Positions 1 through 8,338 of a DNA stretch of 12,464 nt are shown piece by piece. The notes beneath the pieces were generated by a model. The model ran no database searches. It was not told the origin of the DNA and worked only from the letters and a program-made list of their open reading frames with translations. The stretch spans positions 1-12,464 of the forward strand of contig JBFMGU010000299.1 in NCBI GenBank assembly GCA_040752415.1, read 5' to 3'. Position 1 is the stretch's first letter, and each line of letters opens with the position of its first letter. The position numbers and the translations under genes are program-made. Source of the stretch: Myxococcota bacterium. GTDB lineage: Bacteria; Myxococcota; JACRCW01.

Positions 1-89
1 GGTCTCACAATGGGCTGAGCGCGGCACAAGGCATCACTGAGTCCGTGCCGCCCACTTGCACAACGGATTGAACGAGGCGGCACATCTAC

Positions 90-165
90 ACCTCCCCACG
101 CCGTGGGGGAGGTCGGCCGCCACGTCGAGGACTCCGTGCACGCGAAGGCGGCCGGGTGGGGGGGC
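90..165. repeat. REP-like palindromic extragenic element (two hairpins plus G-rich tail)
   Basis: ACCTCCCCAC (90-99) pairs with GTGGGGGAGGT (103-113) with one bulge. CGGCCGCC (114-121) is a perfect inverted repeat of GGCGGCCG (147-154), followed by GGTGGGGGGGC. The layout resembles dispersed CTCCCC...GGGGAGG...GGGTGGGG palindromic repeats of GC-rich bacteria. Only one copy is in the window, so repeat status is inferred. Confidence 0.5.
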
Positions 166-223
166 CAACTCGCCACCAACCCATTGGTCACAGTGGTTCT
201 GGAAGGGAATCCCAGCCGCACGA

Positions 224-256
224 CGTCGGGGGTCTCTAGGAAGGAGACCCGCGACG
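224..256 (-). terminator. GC-rich stem-loop just downstream of the thiolase stop codon (possible terminator or mRNA 3' stabiliser)
   Basis: CGTCG-g-GGGTCTC (224-236) pairs with GAGACCC-g-CGACG (244-256) around a 7-nt loop, 13 nt past the stop at 270. No U-tract follows. Confidence 0.4.
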
Positions 257-269
257 CGCGTTCACCACA

Positions 270-1466
270 TCACAACGACTCGACGATCACCGCCATGCCC
301 TGGCCACCGCCAATGCACGCGCTGCCAATGCCGTAGCGGCCCTGCCGCTGCTTCAGCGAGTACAGCAGGTGCGCCGTGATGCGCGCGCCGCTGGCGCCCA
401 GCGGGTGACCCAGCGCAATGGCGCCGCCGTCGACGTTGGTCTTCTCCCGGTTCAGCCCCAGCTCCTTCTCCACCGCCAGGTACTGCGGCGCGAAGGCCTC
501 GTTCACCTCAATGAGGTCCGCCTCGTTCAGCGTGCTCTGCGTGCGCTCCAGCGCGGCGCGGATGGCCGGCGCGGGACCAATGCCCATGATCTTCGGGTCG
601 CAGCCCGACACGCCCCAGCCCACCAGCCGCCCCAGCGGCCGCAGCCCGCGCTTGCGCGCGAAGTCGCCGGTGGCCATCACCAGGGCCGCGGCGCCGTCGC
701 AGATGCCGCTGGCCGCGCCCGCGTGGATCACGCCGTCCTTCTTGAACACCTTGGGCAGCTTCTTCAGCCCCTCCAGCGTGGTCTCCGGACGCAGGTGCTC
801 ATCCTTCACGAACTGCGTGGTGCCCTTCTTGCTCTGCAGCTCCACCGGCGTGATCTCGTCGTTGAAGCGGCCCGCCTCCTGCGCCGCCGCCGCCCGCTTC
901 TGACTCAGCATGCTGTACTCATCCACCTCGCCCTGGTTGATGCGGTACTGCTCTGCCAGCAGCTCCGCCGTCATGGCCATGGGCAGACCGGTGTACGAGT
1001 CGGTCAGCGCGCTCCACAGCGTGTCCTCGAACTGCGTGGGCTTGCCAAACGGCAGACCCGTGCGCGCGCCGCGCACCACGAACGGCGCCTGGCTCATGGA
1101 CTCCGTGCCACCGACGAGCACGCAGTTGGCCTGCCCCGTCATGAGCTGCTCCGCGCCGCTCACCACCGCCTGGAAACCGCTGCCGCACAGCCGGTTCACC
1201 GTCAGGGCCGGGACGTGCTGCGGGAGACCACTGCGCAGGCCCACGTGGCGCGCCAGGTAGATGGCGTCCGCGCTGGTCTGGCACACGTTGCCGAAGATGA
1301 CGTGGTTCACGTCCTCCGGGTTGACCTGCGACTGCGTCAACGCCGCCTTGCTGGCCACCACCGCGAGGTCCGTGGCGGTCTGGTCCTTCAGTGCACCGTT
1401 GAACGTCCCAAAGGCCGTCCGCTTGGCGGCGAGAAACACGATCTCCGTCTGGCCGAATGGCTTCAT
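270..1466 (-). CDS. Acetyl-CoA C-acyltransferase (3-ketoacyl-CoA thiolase), ACAA2-like
   Basis: Thiolase motifs NRLCGSG (nucleophilic Cys), NEAFA, GGAIALGHPLGASG and CIGGGQG. Start placed at ATG 1466 (MKPFGQTEIVFLAAKRT), preceded by a GGAG RBS. The longer ORF extension to 1718 has no thiolase similarity. Confidence 0.96.
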   Translation of the reverse strand: MKPFGQTEIVFLAAKRTAFGTFNGALKDQTATDLAVVASKAALTQSQVNPEDVNHVIFGNVCQTSADAIYLARHVGLRSGLPQHVPALTVNRLCGSGFQAVVSGAEQLMTGQANCVLVGGTESMSQAPFVVRGARTGLPFGKPTQFEDTLWSALTDSYTGLPMAMTAELLAEQYRINQGEVDEYSMLSQKRAAAAQEAGRFNDEITPVELQSKKGTTQFVKDEHLRPETTLEGLKKLPKVFKKDGVIHAGAASGICDGAAALVMATGDFARKRGLRPLGRLVGWGVSGCDPKIMGIGPAPAIRAALERTQSTLNEADLIEVNEAFAPQYLAVEKELGLNREKTNVDGGAIALGHPLGASGARITAHLLYSLKQRQGRYGIGSACIGGGQGMAVIVESL

Positions 1467-1765
1467 GCTGGCTCCAGGGCAGTTGGCCGCGTGCGGGTGA
1501 AAAGAGGGGGCGGCCGAATGAGTTGCCCACGCACCCGATAGCGGATGGGCCGCCCCCCGGCAAAGGCTCCCTGACCGAGGGACCACTCCGCCCACCCTGA
1601 GGATCTCTCCATGCCCCGGCGCCGAGCGTTCGCCACCACCTGACGCGGGGACGCCAGTCCACACGCGACCCCCGCCCCCGCAGCGCGTTGCGGGCCGTGC
1701 ACGCTGTTTGCGCATCAAGGTTTGCAGCCCGCTTCAACCCGCACGGGTGCCGCGGAGGGTGGAGC

Positions 1766-2204
1766 ATGATCTCGTGGGTGACGGGTGCGGTGCTCGTCAC
1801 GGAAATCCGTGCGCCGTTCCGCGAAGCGCGAACCCCGCGTCACTCCCCGACGAGCCGATGGGTACCGCTCACGCTCGTGCCCGAGGATTCCGCGCTTCCC
1901 CGACGAGAAGCATGGTGTCCGCGTGCGGGACCTGGCGCCGTTCACGCTGCTGGCCGCGGCGCTCGACGACACTGTCTACGTGCCGTCGGAGCTCGAGGTG
2001 ATGGCGGGCGGTTGTCCCCGCTGGGGTCGCCGGTACAACCGAGGAGGAGGGCGGCGTGGGCAATGCACCGTGCCAGGCGGATGCGCGAGACGTGCGTCGG
2101 TGCCCAACCGCTGCGCGACGCATTGCCCGGTGGCACGCGCTCGGATAGCCATGCGCCGCGCTGCGCGGTGGGGCGGCGCGTCACACCCAGGAGATCCTGA
2201 ATGA
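1766..2204 (+). pseudogene. Possible small hypothetical gene, apparently frameshifted near 1897-1901
   Basis: GGAG-rich RBS then ATG 1766 (MISWVTGAVLVTEIRAPF...VPLTLVPEDS) with GC-rich third positions. Coding-like bias continues in another frame (DEKHGVRVRDLAPFTLLAAALDDTVYVPSELEV), which ends in an ATGA overlap with the 2201 start. No family recognised. Confidence 0.22.
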
Positions 2205-4204
2205 GCCCGGCCCAGACCATCCGCATCCCCAACGAAGTGCTCTTCCTCACCGAGGATCCCAACCTCCTCAAGGAGCAGCTCGACGGGAAGAAGCTCACCC
2301 ATGATCCCAACCGCCCCCTCATCAACAACATCTCCACCGACGAGCTCACCCCCGGCTGGGTCTGCTTCTGGTACGACGAGACGCTGGGCGACTACTGCCT
2401 GGTGGGCCTGCGCGGCGGCGTGGTGCAGAAGGACAGCATCAAGAACCGCAAGCCCGCCGTCATCGTCAGCGGACTGAGCAAGGGCTGCGGCTCCTCACGC
2501 GAGACCGCGCCGTACGCCGAGAAGGTGGCGGGCGTGAAGCTGGTCATCGCCAAGACCATCGAGAAGATCTACGGGCAGAACTGCCAGAACATCGGCCTGC
2601 TCACGTCGACGGACTTCTCGCTGCTCGAGCGCATCGAGCGCGGCGAGGAGATTCCCATCAGTGAGTTCACCAAGGGGCTGGATGCCATCAGCGCGGCGAT
2701 TGTCGAGGCGGGCGGGCTGTTTGCGTACAACCGCAAGCGCCTCAGCGGCGAGGTGGCCCCGCCCGTCATCACCACGCCGGCGCGGCCCATGACGCTGGTG
2801 GAGAAGATCATCGCCCGCAACGCGGTGGCCGACGCCAAGACCGGCAAGCTCGGCGTCACCGCGGTGAAGCCGGGGGATGCGCTGTTCTGTCGCGCCGACC
2901 TGCGCTTCACCCACGAGTACGTCACGCCCATGGCGGAGGCGTGCTTCGTCGAGGGGTTTGGCAAGGACGCCAAGGTGAAGGACCCCAGGTCCGTGGTGGC
3001 CTTCCGCGACCACCTCACCTTCATTGGCCAGGTCATGCCGCAGAAGCAGAAGGACATGGGGCTGCTCAAGCTGGCCGACAACCTGGCCGTGGTGCAAAGC
3101 GACTTCTGCAAGCGCCAGGGCATCCGCCTCTACGACGAGATCAAGGACGCCTCCGGCAAGGTGGTGGGCTCCCAGGCCATCTGTCACAACGCGGTGCTGG
3201 AGGACCTGGCGCTGCCGGGTGACCTCGTCATTGGCAGTGACTCGCACACCTGCACCGCGGGCGCGCTGGGGACGTTCGCCTTCGGCGTGGGTTCCACCGA
3301 CGTGGCCAATGCCTGGTACACCGGCGACATCCGCGTCACCGTGCCGCAGACCGTCCGCTATGAGCTGGTGGGCACGCCCGCCGCCGACATCTGCGCCAAG
3401 GACATCATCCTGTTCATCATGGCGCAGGACTACATCAAGAGCGGCAAGGCCATTGGGCAGGTGCTGGAGTTCGGCGGGCCGGCGGTGAAGCTGCTCAACA
3501 TGGATGAGCGCGCCACCCTCACCAACATGGCCGTGGAGGCCGGCGCCACGACGGGCGTGGTGGAGCCGGATGACGTCACGCTGGACTACCTGGCCGCGAA
3601 TCGACCGGGAATCGACCGCGAAGCGGTGCGCAAGCGCTTCCTGTTCGCCGACAAGGACGCGCAGTACGTGGCCACCTTCAAGATCAACCTCAGCGAGATC
3701 CGTCCCGTGGTGGCCAAGCCCGGCGACCCGCGCAACGGCGTGTTCCTCGACGAGCTGATGAAGGAGAAGGGCAACATCAAGGTCGACATCGCCTATGGCG
3801 GCTCCTGCACCGGCGGCAAGATGACCGACATGGACATGTACGCCAGCGTGCTGGAGGAGGGGCTGCGTCGCGGGATGAAGGTGCACCCGGAAGTGGCCAT
3901 GTACATCCAGTTCGGGAGCCAGCGGATCAAGCAGTACGCCGTCGAGAAGGGCTACCTGAAGGTGTTCGAGGCGGCGGGCTGCAAGGTCATTGAGCCGAGC
4001 TGCGGCGCGTGCATCAAGGCGGGACCCGGCGTCAGCAAGAACGACGCGGAGGTCACCATCAGCGCCATCAACCGGAATTTCCCCGGTCGCAGCGGTCCGG
4101 GCGACGTGTACCTGGCCAGCCCGTACGTGGTGGCGGCCACCGCGCTGGCCGGGCACATCACGAGCCCGGAAGAGCTGTTCGGGAAGAAGCGCGCCGCGGC
4201 GTGA
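2201..4204 (+). CDS. Aconitase/3-isopropylmalate dehydratase/homoaconitase-family [4Fe-4S] hydro-lyase, fused, with N-terminal LeuD-like swivel domain and C-terminal LeuC-like domain
   Basis: Swivel motif GCGSSRE (2483-2503). Large-domain motifs MTLVEKII, DHL, ICH, GSDSHTCTAGALG (DSHT 3239-3250), RATLTNMAVEAGA, GGSCTGG (Cys 3806), CGAC (4001-4012), NRNFPGR and YLASP. AGGAG RBS upstream and strong codon bias. Confidence 0.93.
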   Translation: MSPAQTIRIPNEVLFLTEDPNLLKEQLDGKKLTHDPNRPLINNISTDELTPGWVCFWYDETLGDYCLVGLRGGVVQKDSIKNRKPAVIVSGLSKGCGSSRETAPYAEKVAGVKLVIAKTIEKIYGQNCQNIGLLTSTDFSLLERIERGEEIPISEFTKGLDAISAAIVEAGGLFAYNRKRLSGEVAPPVITTPARPMTLVEKIIARNAVADAKTGKLGVTAVKPGDALFCRADLRFTHEYVTPMAEACFVEGFGKDAKVKDPRSVVAFRDHLTFIGQVMPQKQKDMGLLKLADNLAVVQSDFCKRQGIRLYDEIKDASGKVVGSQAICHNAVLEDLALPGDLVIGSDSHTCTAGALGTFAFGVGSTDVANAWYTGDIRVTVPQTVRYELVGTPAADICAKDIILFIMAQDYIKSGKAIGQVLEFGGPAVKLLNMDERATLTNMAVEAGATTGVVEPDDVTLDYLAANRPGIDREAVRKRFLFADKDAQYVATFKINLSEIRPVVAKPGDPRNGVFLDELMKEKGNIKVDIAYGGSCTGGKMTDMDMYASVLEEGLRRGMKVHPEVAMYIQFGSQRIKQYAVEKGYLKVFEAAGCKVIEPSCGACIKAGPGVSKNDAEVTISAINRNFPGRSGPGDVYLASPYVVAATALAGHITSPEELFGKKRAAA

Positions 4205-4553
4205 AGCGCCGGGATGTCCGTGCGCGTGGCACCACGCGACGTCGTGGGCCGGCTTGCCAGGGCATCACCCCGGGCCTCGCACCGACCCTCCGCGACGTGA
4301 CGCTCGCCCGGTGCCAGTGAGAACGACCGCGCTCCCCCTCGAGACCCAGCAGAGTCGCGGACCATGGCCCAGGCGCGGCCGGTTGCGCGCGTGCCCAAAC
4401 CCGCGGCCCCGTTGAGCGCACGCTTTGTCCACGCCGACGTCAGGCGGGGAGTCCGTCGTGCGGGAGTTCCCGGACACGAGTACATCCGCCAGGGCCCTGA
4501 CGCGCTTCGCGCTCGTTCTGGTGTGAGGCGCGTGACGCCTTGCGAGGGGGCAG

Positions 4554-4922
4554 ATGTGCCAAAACGCGTATGTCCTGGTTGTCGACGATGACGTGGATCT
4601 TCGCGACTGCGTGGCGCTGTGCCTTGCCAGCGCGGGATTCCAGGTGCGGTCCGCCGGCGACGGCACCGAGGCGCTGCAACACCTGGCCGAGTCACCGCCC
4701 GCGCTGATCATGCTGGACATGCGCATGCCACGCATGGACGGGCGGGCCTTTGCCCGGGAGCTCCAGGTCCGCCATGGGCCGGTGGCGCCCATTGTCGTCA
4801 TGACCGCCGCGGAAAACGCCGGCGCCGCCGCCGCCGAGATTGGCGCCGCGGGAGTGCTGGGCAAGCCGTTCGACGTCGACGAGCTCCTGCAAACCGTGGA
4901 AAGGCACCTCCAGCATTGCTGA
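4554..4922 (+). CDS. Single-domain (CheY-like) response regulator
   Basis: VLVVDDD acidic pocket, LDMRMP phospho-acceptor Asp followed by MDG, VVMTA and KPF. 122 aa with no output domain. GAGGGGG RBS upstream. Confidence 0.93.
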   Translation: MCQNAYVLVVDDDVDLRDCVALCLASAGFQVRSAGDGTEALQHLAESPPALIMLDMRMPRMDGRAFARELQVRHGPVAPIVVMTAAENAGAAAAEIGAAGVLGKPFDVDELLQTVERHLQHC

Positions 4923-6408
4923 TCTCACGACGCGAGCTGCTGGCCGGGTTTGCCCGCTGCCTGGTGGCTGGCGGCGCGGCGGGATGGGGATTCCGTGAGA
5001 ACGAGGCGCGCCTGTTGGGGCTCGTCGGTGGCTCCCCGGACCCGGGCGACACCGTGGAGGCCGCGCGCAGGTTCCGCGGCGTCACGCTGAACGTGGGCTG
5101 GGAGACCGGCCTGCAGGCCCAGGAACCGCTGCGCTTCAGCGGACCGCTCTGGCACAGCCTCACCGGCATCCACATCAACGTGGTGGAGCTGGGCATGCCC
5201 CAGGACCAGTTCCGCCGCATCATGCAGGATCACCACGCCGGCGCCGGAGAGCTGGACTGCATGACCGTGGCCCCGGCGTTCCTTCCCGACCTGGTGGACG
5301 CGGGCGCGCTGGAGCCGCTGGACCCCTACCAGCGCGCCCACGGCGCGGACTCCGACGAGGCGGACCTCCTGCCGCAATATGCCAACCTGGGTGACTGGAG
5401 CGGGCGCCGCTACGGCCTCTTTGACGACGGAGACGCGCTCCTCCTCTTCTACCGGCGCGACCTCTTCGAGTCCGAGCGGAACCGGCGCGCGTTCGAGCAG
5501 GAGCACGGCCACCCGCTGGGCGACCCACGCAGCTATGACTGGTCCGCGTTCGTCGACGCCGCGCGTTTCTTCACGACCAGGTTGGCCCCGCATGGCTACG
5601 GCCTGGCGCCGTTTGCCCGCGACCTCCGTTGGGGTTGGTTCCAGACCATGTTGCGCGTGGCGCGTGGTCGCTTCTTCAACCCGGAGACCATGGACGCCGC
5701 GCTTGCCGAGGAGCCCCGGTGCGGACCATGGAGCGCCTGGCCCAGCTGCGCGACGTCATGCCGCCACTCCCCGGCGACCCACCCGCCGTGGACGTGGTCA
5801 TCTCCACCTATCTCTCCGGCAGCGCCGCCATGGCCACGTTCTGGCCGCCCCTGGGACGGTGGGCCGAGAAGTACGGGTCGGAGCACGAGGGGCTGACCCA
5901 CCTGCCGCGCAGCCAGGTGTCGGGAAGAACCGGCTACGCATTGCTTCCCGGCGGCTTCACGCAGTTGTCCGTGGGCTTCCTGCTGTCCATCTCGGCGCAC
6001 AGTCGCAACAAGGAAGCGGCGTATCTCTTCATCAAGTGGCTGCACAGCCCCGACATCAGCCTGCGGCGCGTCATGTACCCCGCGGCGCTGCGGGACCCGT
6101 ACCGCCTGTCCCACGTCCGCTCCCAGGTGTACCGCTCCCTCTGGCCCACCGCGGGCGAGTACCTGGACACCCTGGCGCAGGCCGCGTCCGGGCGCATGTT
6201 CCTGGACCTCATGATCCCCGGCCACGCCGAGTACGCGGAGGCGTTCCACGTTGCCGACACCGACATCCGACTGGGCGCCAGCGTGCCACGGGCCATGCGG
6301 CGCCTGGCGGACGCGTGGGACGCCATCACGGACCATCATGGTCGTCGTCGACAGCGCGCGGCCTACGCGGCCTTCCTGTCCCGGGCCGGCCCGCTGCTTC
6401 CGCCATGA
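4916..6408 (+). CDS. Tat-exported extracellular solute-binding protein (sugar ABC-type SBP family), split by a 1-nt frameshift at about 5714-5718
   Basis: TTG start at 4916 overlaps the regulator stop. Twin-arginine motif SRRELL is followed by a hydrophobic stretch. SBP-like segments: TGIHINVVE, LVDAGALEPLDPY, DGDALLLFYRRDLFE, then in the next frame SRNKEAAYLFIKWL and RDPYRLSH. The frames join at GAG GAG CCC CG GTG CGG ACC ATG if one base is restored. The stop overlaps the kinase start (ATGA). Confidence 0.85.
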
Positions 6409-8219
6409 ACCGCGTGAGCTTCCGCACCAGCCTGCTGGTGTCCTTCGCCCTGGTGCTGTCCCCGGTGGTCGTGCTGCTGGCCACCACCTTCCGCGCCAAC
6501 CTCACGCGTGAACAGCAAAGCACCCTGCATCTCCAGATGCTCTCCGCGCAGGCCTTCGCGCTGCACATTGAACAGGTCTTCGACGCGGCCGAGGGCCTGG
6601 CGCTCGCCGTGGCCCACGACCCCCTGACGCACACCATGGACCCCCGTCTGCTCGACGAGCACCTGCGCGACCTGGTGCGCGACCACGGCGGGGTGGACGC
6701 CGTCAACGTCTTTGACGCGCGCGGCATCAACCGTGGCTACGGGAATCCCGACCAGGCGGCGGAGCCGCGGCTGGACGCCTCGCAGCGGGATTACTTCCGC
6801 GTGGCCATGGCCACCAATCTGCCCGCGCTCTCCGACGTGGTGACGCTGATGCGGCCACCCGTGCCCGGGATTGTGGTCAGCGCGCCCATTCGCGACGCGG
6901 AGCGCAGACCGGTGGGCGTGGTGCACGTGGTGCTGCACGCCGCCCGACTCACGCGCGAGTACCAGGCCATGCGACTCAGCCCCGGGCAGGCGGTGCTCCT
7001 CATGGACCGGAAGGGACGCCTGGCATTCCACACCGGAGCGCCGCTGCTCACCGACGAGGACGCCCGCGCCATGATCAACCTGGACCTGGTGCACCGCGCG
7101 CTCTCCGGAGTTGCCACGCAGGGCGAGGCCTTCACCGATCCCGTCACCGGCGAAGTGCACCTGGGCGCGTTTGTTCCGACGCCACGGCATCACTGGGTGG
7201 TGGGCGTGATCATGAACCGCGTGGTGGCCACGGCTCCCCTGCAGGCCCTCTTCCGACGAGAAGTCCTGGTGTTGCTGCTCCTCTCGCTGCTGAGTGGAGG
7301 GCTGGCGTTGTGGCTGGCGCGGCGACTCTCGCATCCCGTCCGGCAGCTCCAGTCCGCCGCCCTTGCGGTGGGACGCGGCGCCATGGGCGCGCTGAGGCTT
7401 CGCACCCGCAACCGGGAGCTGCTCGACCTGGAGCAGGCGTTCAACCAGATGCAGGCGCAGCTGGAACAGCGCGAGACGCAGGTGCGCGAAGCGCTCACGC
7501 TCCGCGAGGAGTTCATGGTTGCCGCCGCGCACGAGCTCAAGACACCCGTCACCACCATCAAGACGTGGGCAAGGTTGCTGAGGGCCGGTACGCAATCCGC
7601 GGAACGCGTGCAGCAGGGCTTGCAGGCGGTGGGGCGACAGGCGGAGCGGATTGCCATGCTGGCGGATGACCTGCTGCTGGTGGCGCGCTTCAAGGCGGGG
7701 TCGGCGGCACTGGAGCGGGAGGAGTTGGACCTTCACGAGGTGCTCGACGAGGTGGTGGCCCGAGCCACGCGAGGGAACGGCGAGCAACCCGTGCGCGTGG
7801 TGGCGGCCCCGGGCGCGTTGTGGGTGCGCGGCGACCGCGAGCTGCTTGGCCGCGTGATTGCGCGACTGCTGGAGAACGCCATCAGCTACTCACCTTCCGG
7901 CGCGGAAGTGGTGGCTGCCGCCGAGAAGCACGGGACCGACGTCACCATCTCCGTGTCCGATCACGGCGTGGGAATCCACCCGGAGCGCCAACAGCACGTG
8001 TTTGAGCCGTTCTATGAAGTCGTGCCCGCGGGGGAGCGCGGCTACCGCAGCACCGTCAGCATGGGGCTCCACGCCAGCTACCAGATCATCGCCGCCCACG
8101 GCGGCAGGATGGGCGTGGTCAGCACGCCGGGAGAAGGCTCCACGTTCTGGTTCCGACTCCCGCTGGCCAAGGAACACGTCGTGGGAGCTGGCGGTGACGA
8201 GCGACGGGACAATGTGTGA
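6405..8219 (+). CDS. Membrane sensor histidine kinase (TM-dCache-TM-HAMP-HisKA-HATPase)
   Basis: Start MNRVSFRTSLLVSFALVLSPVVVLL (TM1). Cache motifs RDYFRVAM, IVVSAPIRD, VGVV, LMDRKGRLAFH and WVVGV. TM2 and HAMP (PVRQLQSAA...ELLDLEQAFNQM). H-box AHELKTPVTTI, N-box LLENAISYS, DHGVGI, FEPFY and GEGSTFWFRLP. The ORF-track extension to 5379 is a shadow frame of the SBP gene. Confidence 0.94.
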   Translation: MNRVSFRTSLLVSFALVLSPVVVLLATTFRANLTREQQSTLHLQMLSAQAFALHIEQVFDAAEGLALAVAHDPLTHTMDPRLLDEHLRDLVRDHGGVDAVNVFDARGINRGYGNPDQAAEPRLDASQRDYFRVAMATNLPALSDVVTLMRPPVPGIVVSAPIRDAERRPVGVVHVVLHAARLTREYQAMRLSPGQAVLLMDRKGRLAFHTGAPLLTDEDARAMINLDLVHRALSGVATQGEAFTDPVTGEVHLGAFVPTPRHHWVVGVIMNRVVATAPLQALFRREVLVLLLLSLLSGGLALWLARRLSHPVRQLQSAALAVGRGAMGALRLRTRNRELLDLEQAFNQMQAQLEQRETQVREALTLREEFMVAAAHELKTPVTTIKTWARLLRAGTQSAERVQQGLQAVGRQAERIAMLADDLLLVARFKAGSAALEREELDLHEVLDEVVARATRGNGEQPVRVVAAPGALWVRGDRELLGRVIARLLENAISYSPSGAEVVAAAEKHGTDVTISVSDHGVGIHPERQQHVFEPFYEVVPAGERGYRSTVSMGLHASYQIIAAHGGRMGVVSTPGEGSTFWFRLPLAKEHVVGAGGDERRDNV

Positions 8220-8338
8220 CCGCAGCGGGTCGCACGGATCACTCGCCGCTGGCGCTGCGCGCGGGGGACCGATGGAATGGGCTTCCTCCAAGGATGCAAT
8301 CGATGCCACCGTTGGCTGGTGGTCGATTCGGAGGTGGC

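Noticed and set aside
369..1541. 390-aa plus-strand ORF opposite the thiolase
   Set aside because: Antisense shadow ORF typical of high-GC coding DNA, with no motifs.
1467..1718. N-terminal extension of the thiolase ORF
   Set aside because: No thiolase similarity, and a good RBS precedes ATG 1466.
2060..2075. Sigma54 promoter-like TGGCACG-GTGCA-TTGC on the minus strand
   Set aside because: GG-to-GC spacing is 11 nt rather than the strict 10 nt, so it is not called as a promoter.
2495..4156. 553-aa minus-strand ORF opposite the aconitase-family gene
   Set aside because: Antisense shadow frame with no recognisable domain.
4205..4553. 349-bp intergenic region with short hairpins (e.g. CGCGTGG/CCACGCG 4223-4238) as a possible ncRNA or terminator
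   Set aside because: Short stems are expected by chance at this GC content. There is no U-tract or recognisable RNA family.
5379..6404. N-terminal 342-aa extension of the 946-aa kinase ORF
   Set aside because: Low-complexity Arg/Pro/Gly translation overlapping the SBP gene. The true start is ATG 6405, just before TM1.
6363..7787. 474-aa minus-strand ORF opposite the kinase
   Set aside because: Antisense shadow of a strongly biased gene.
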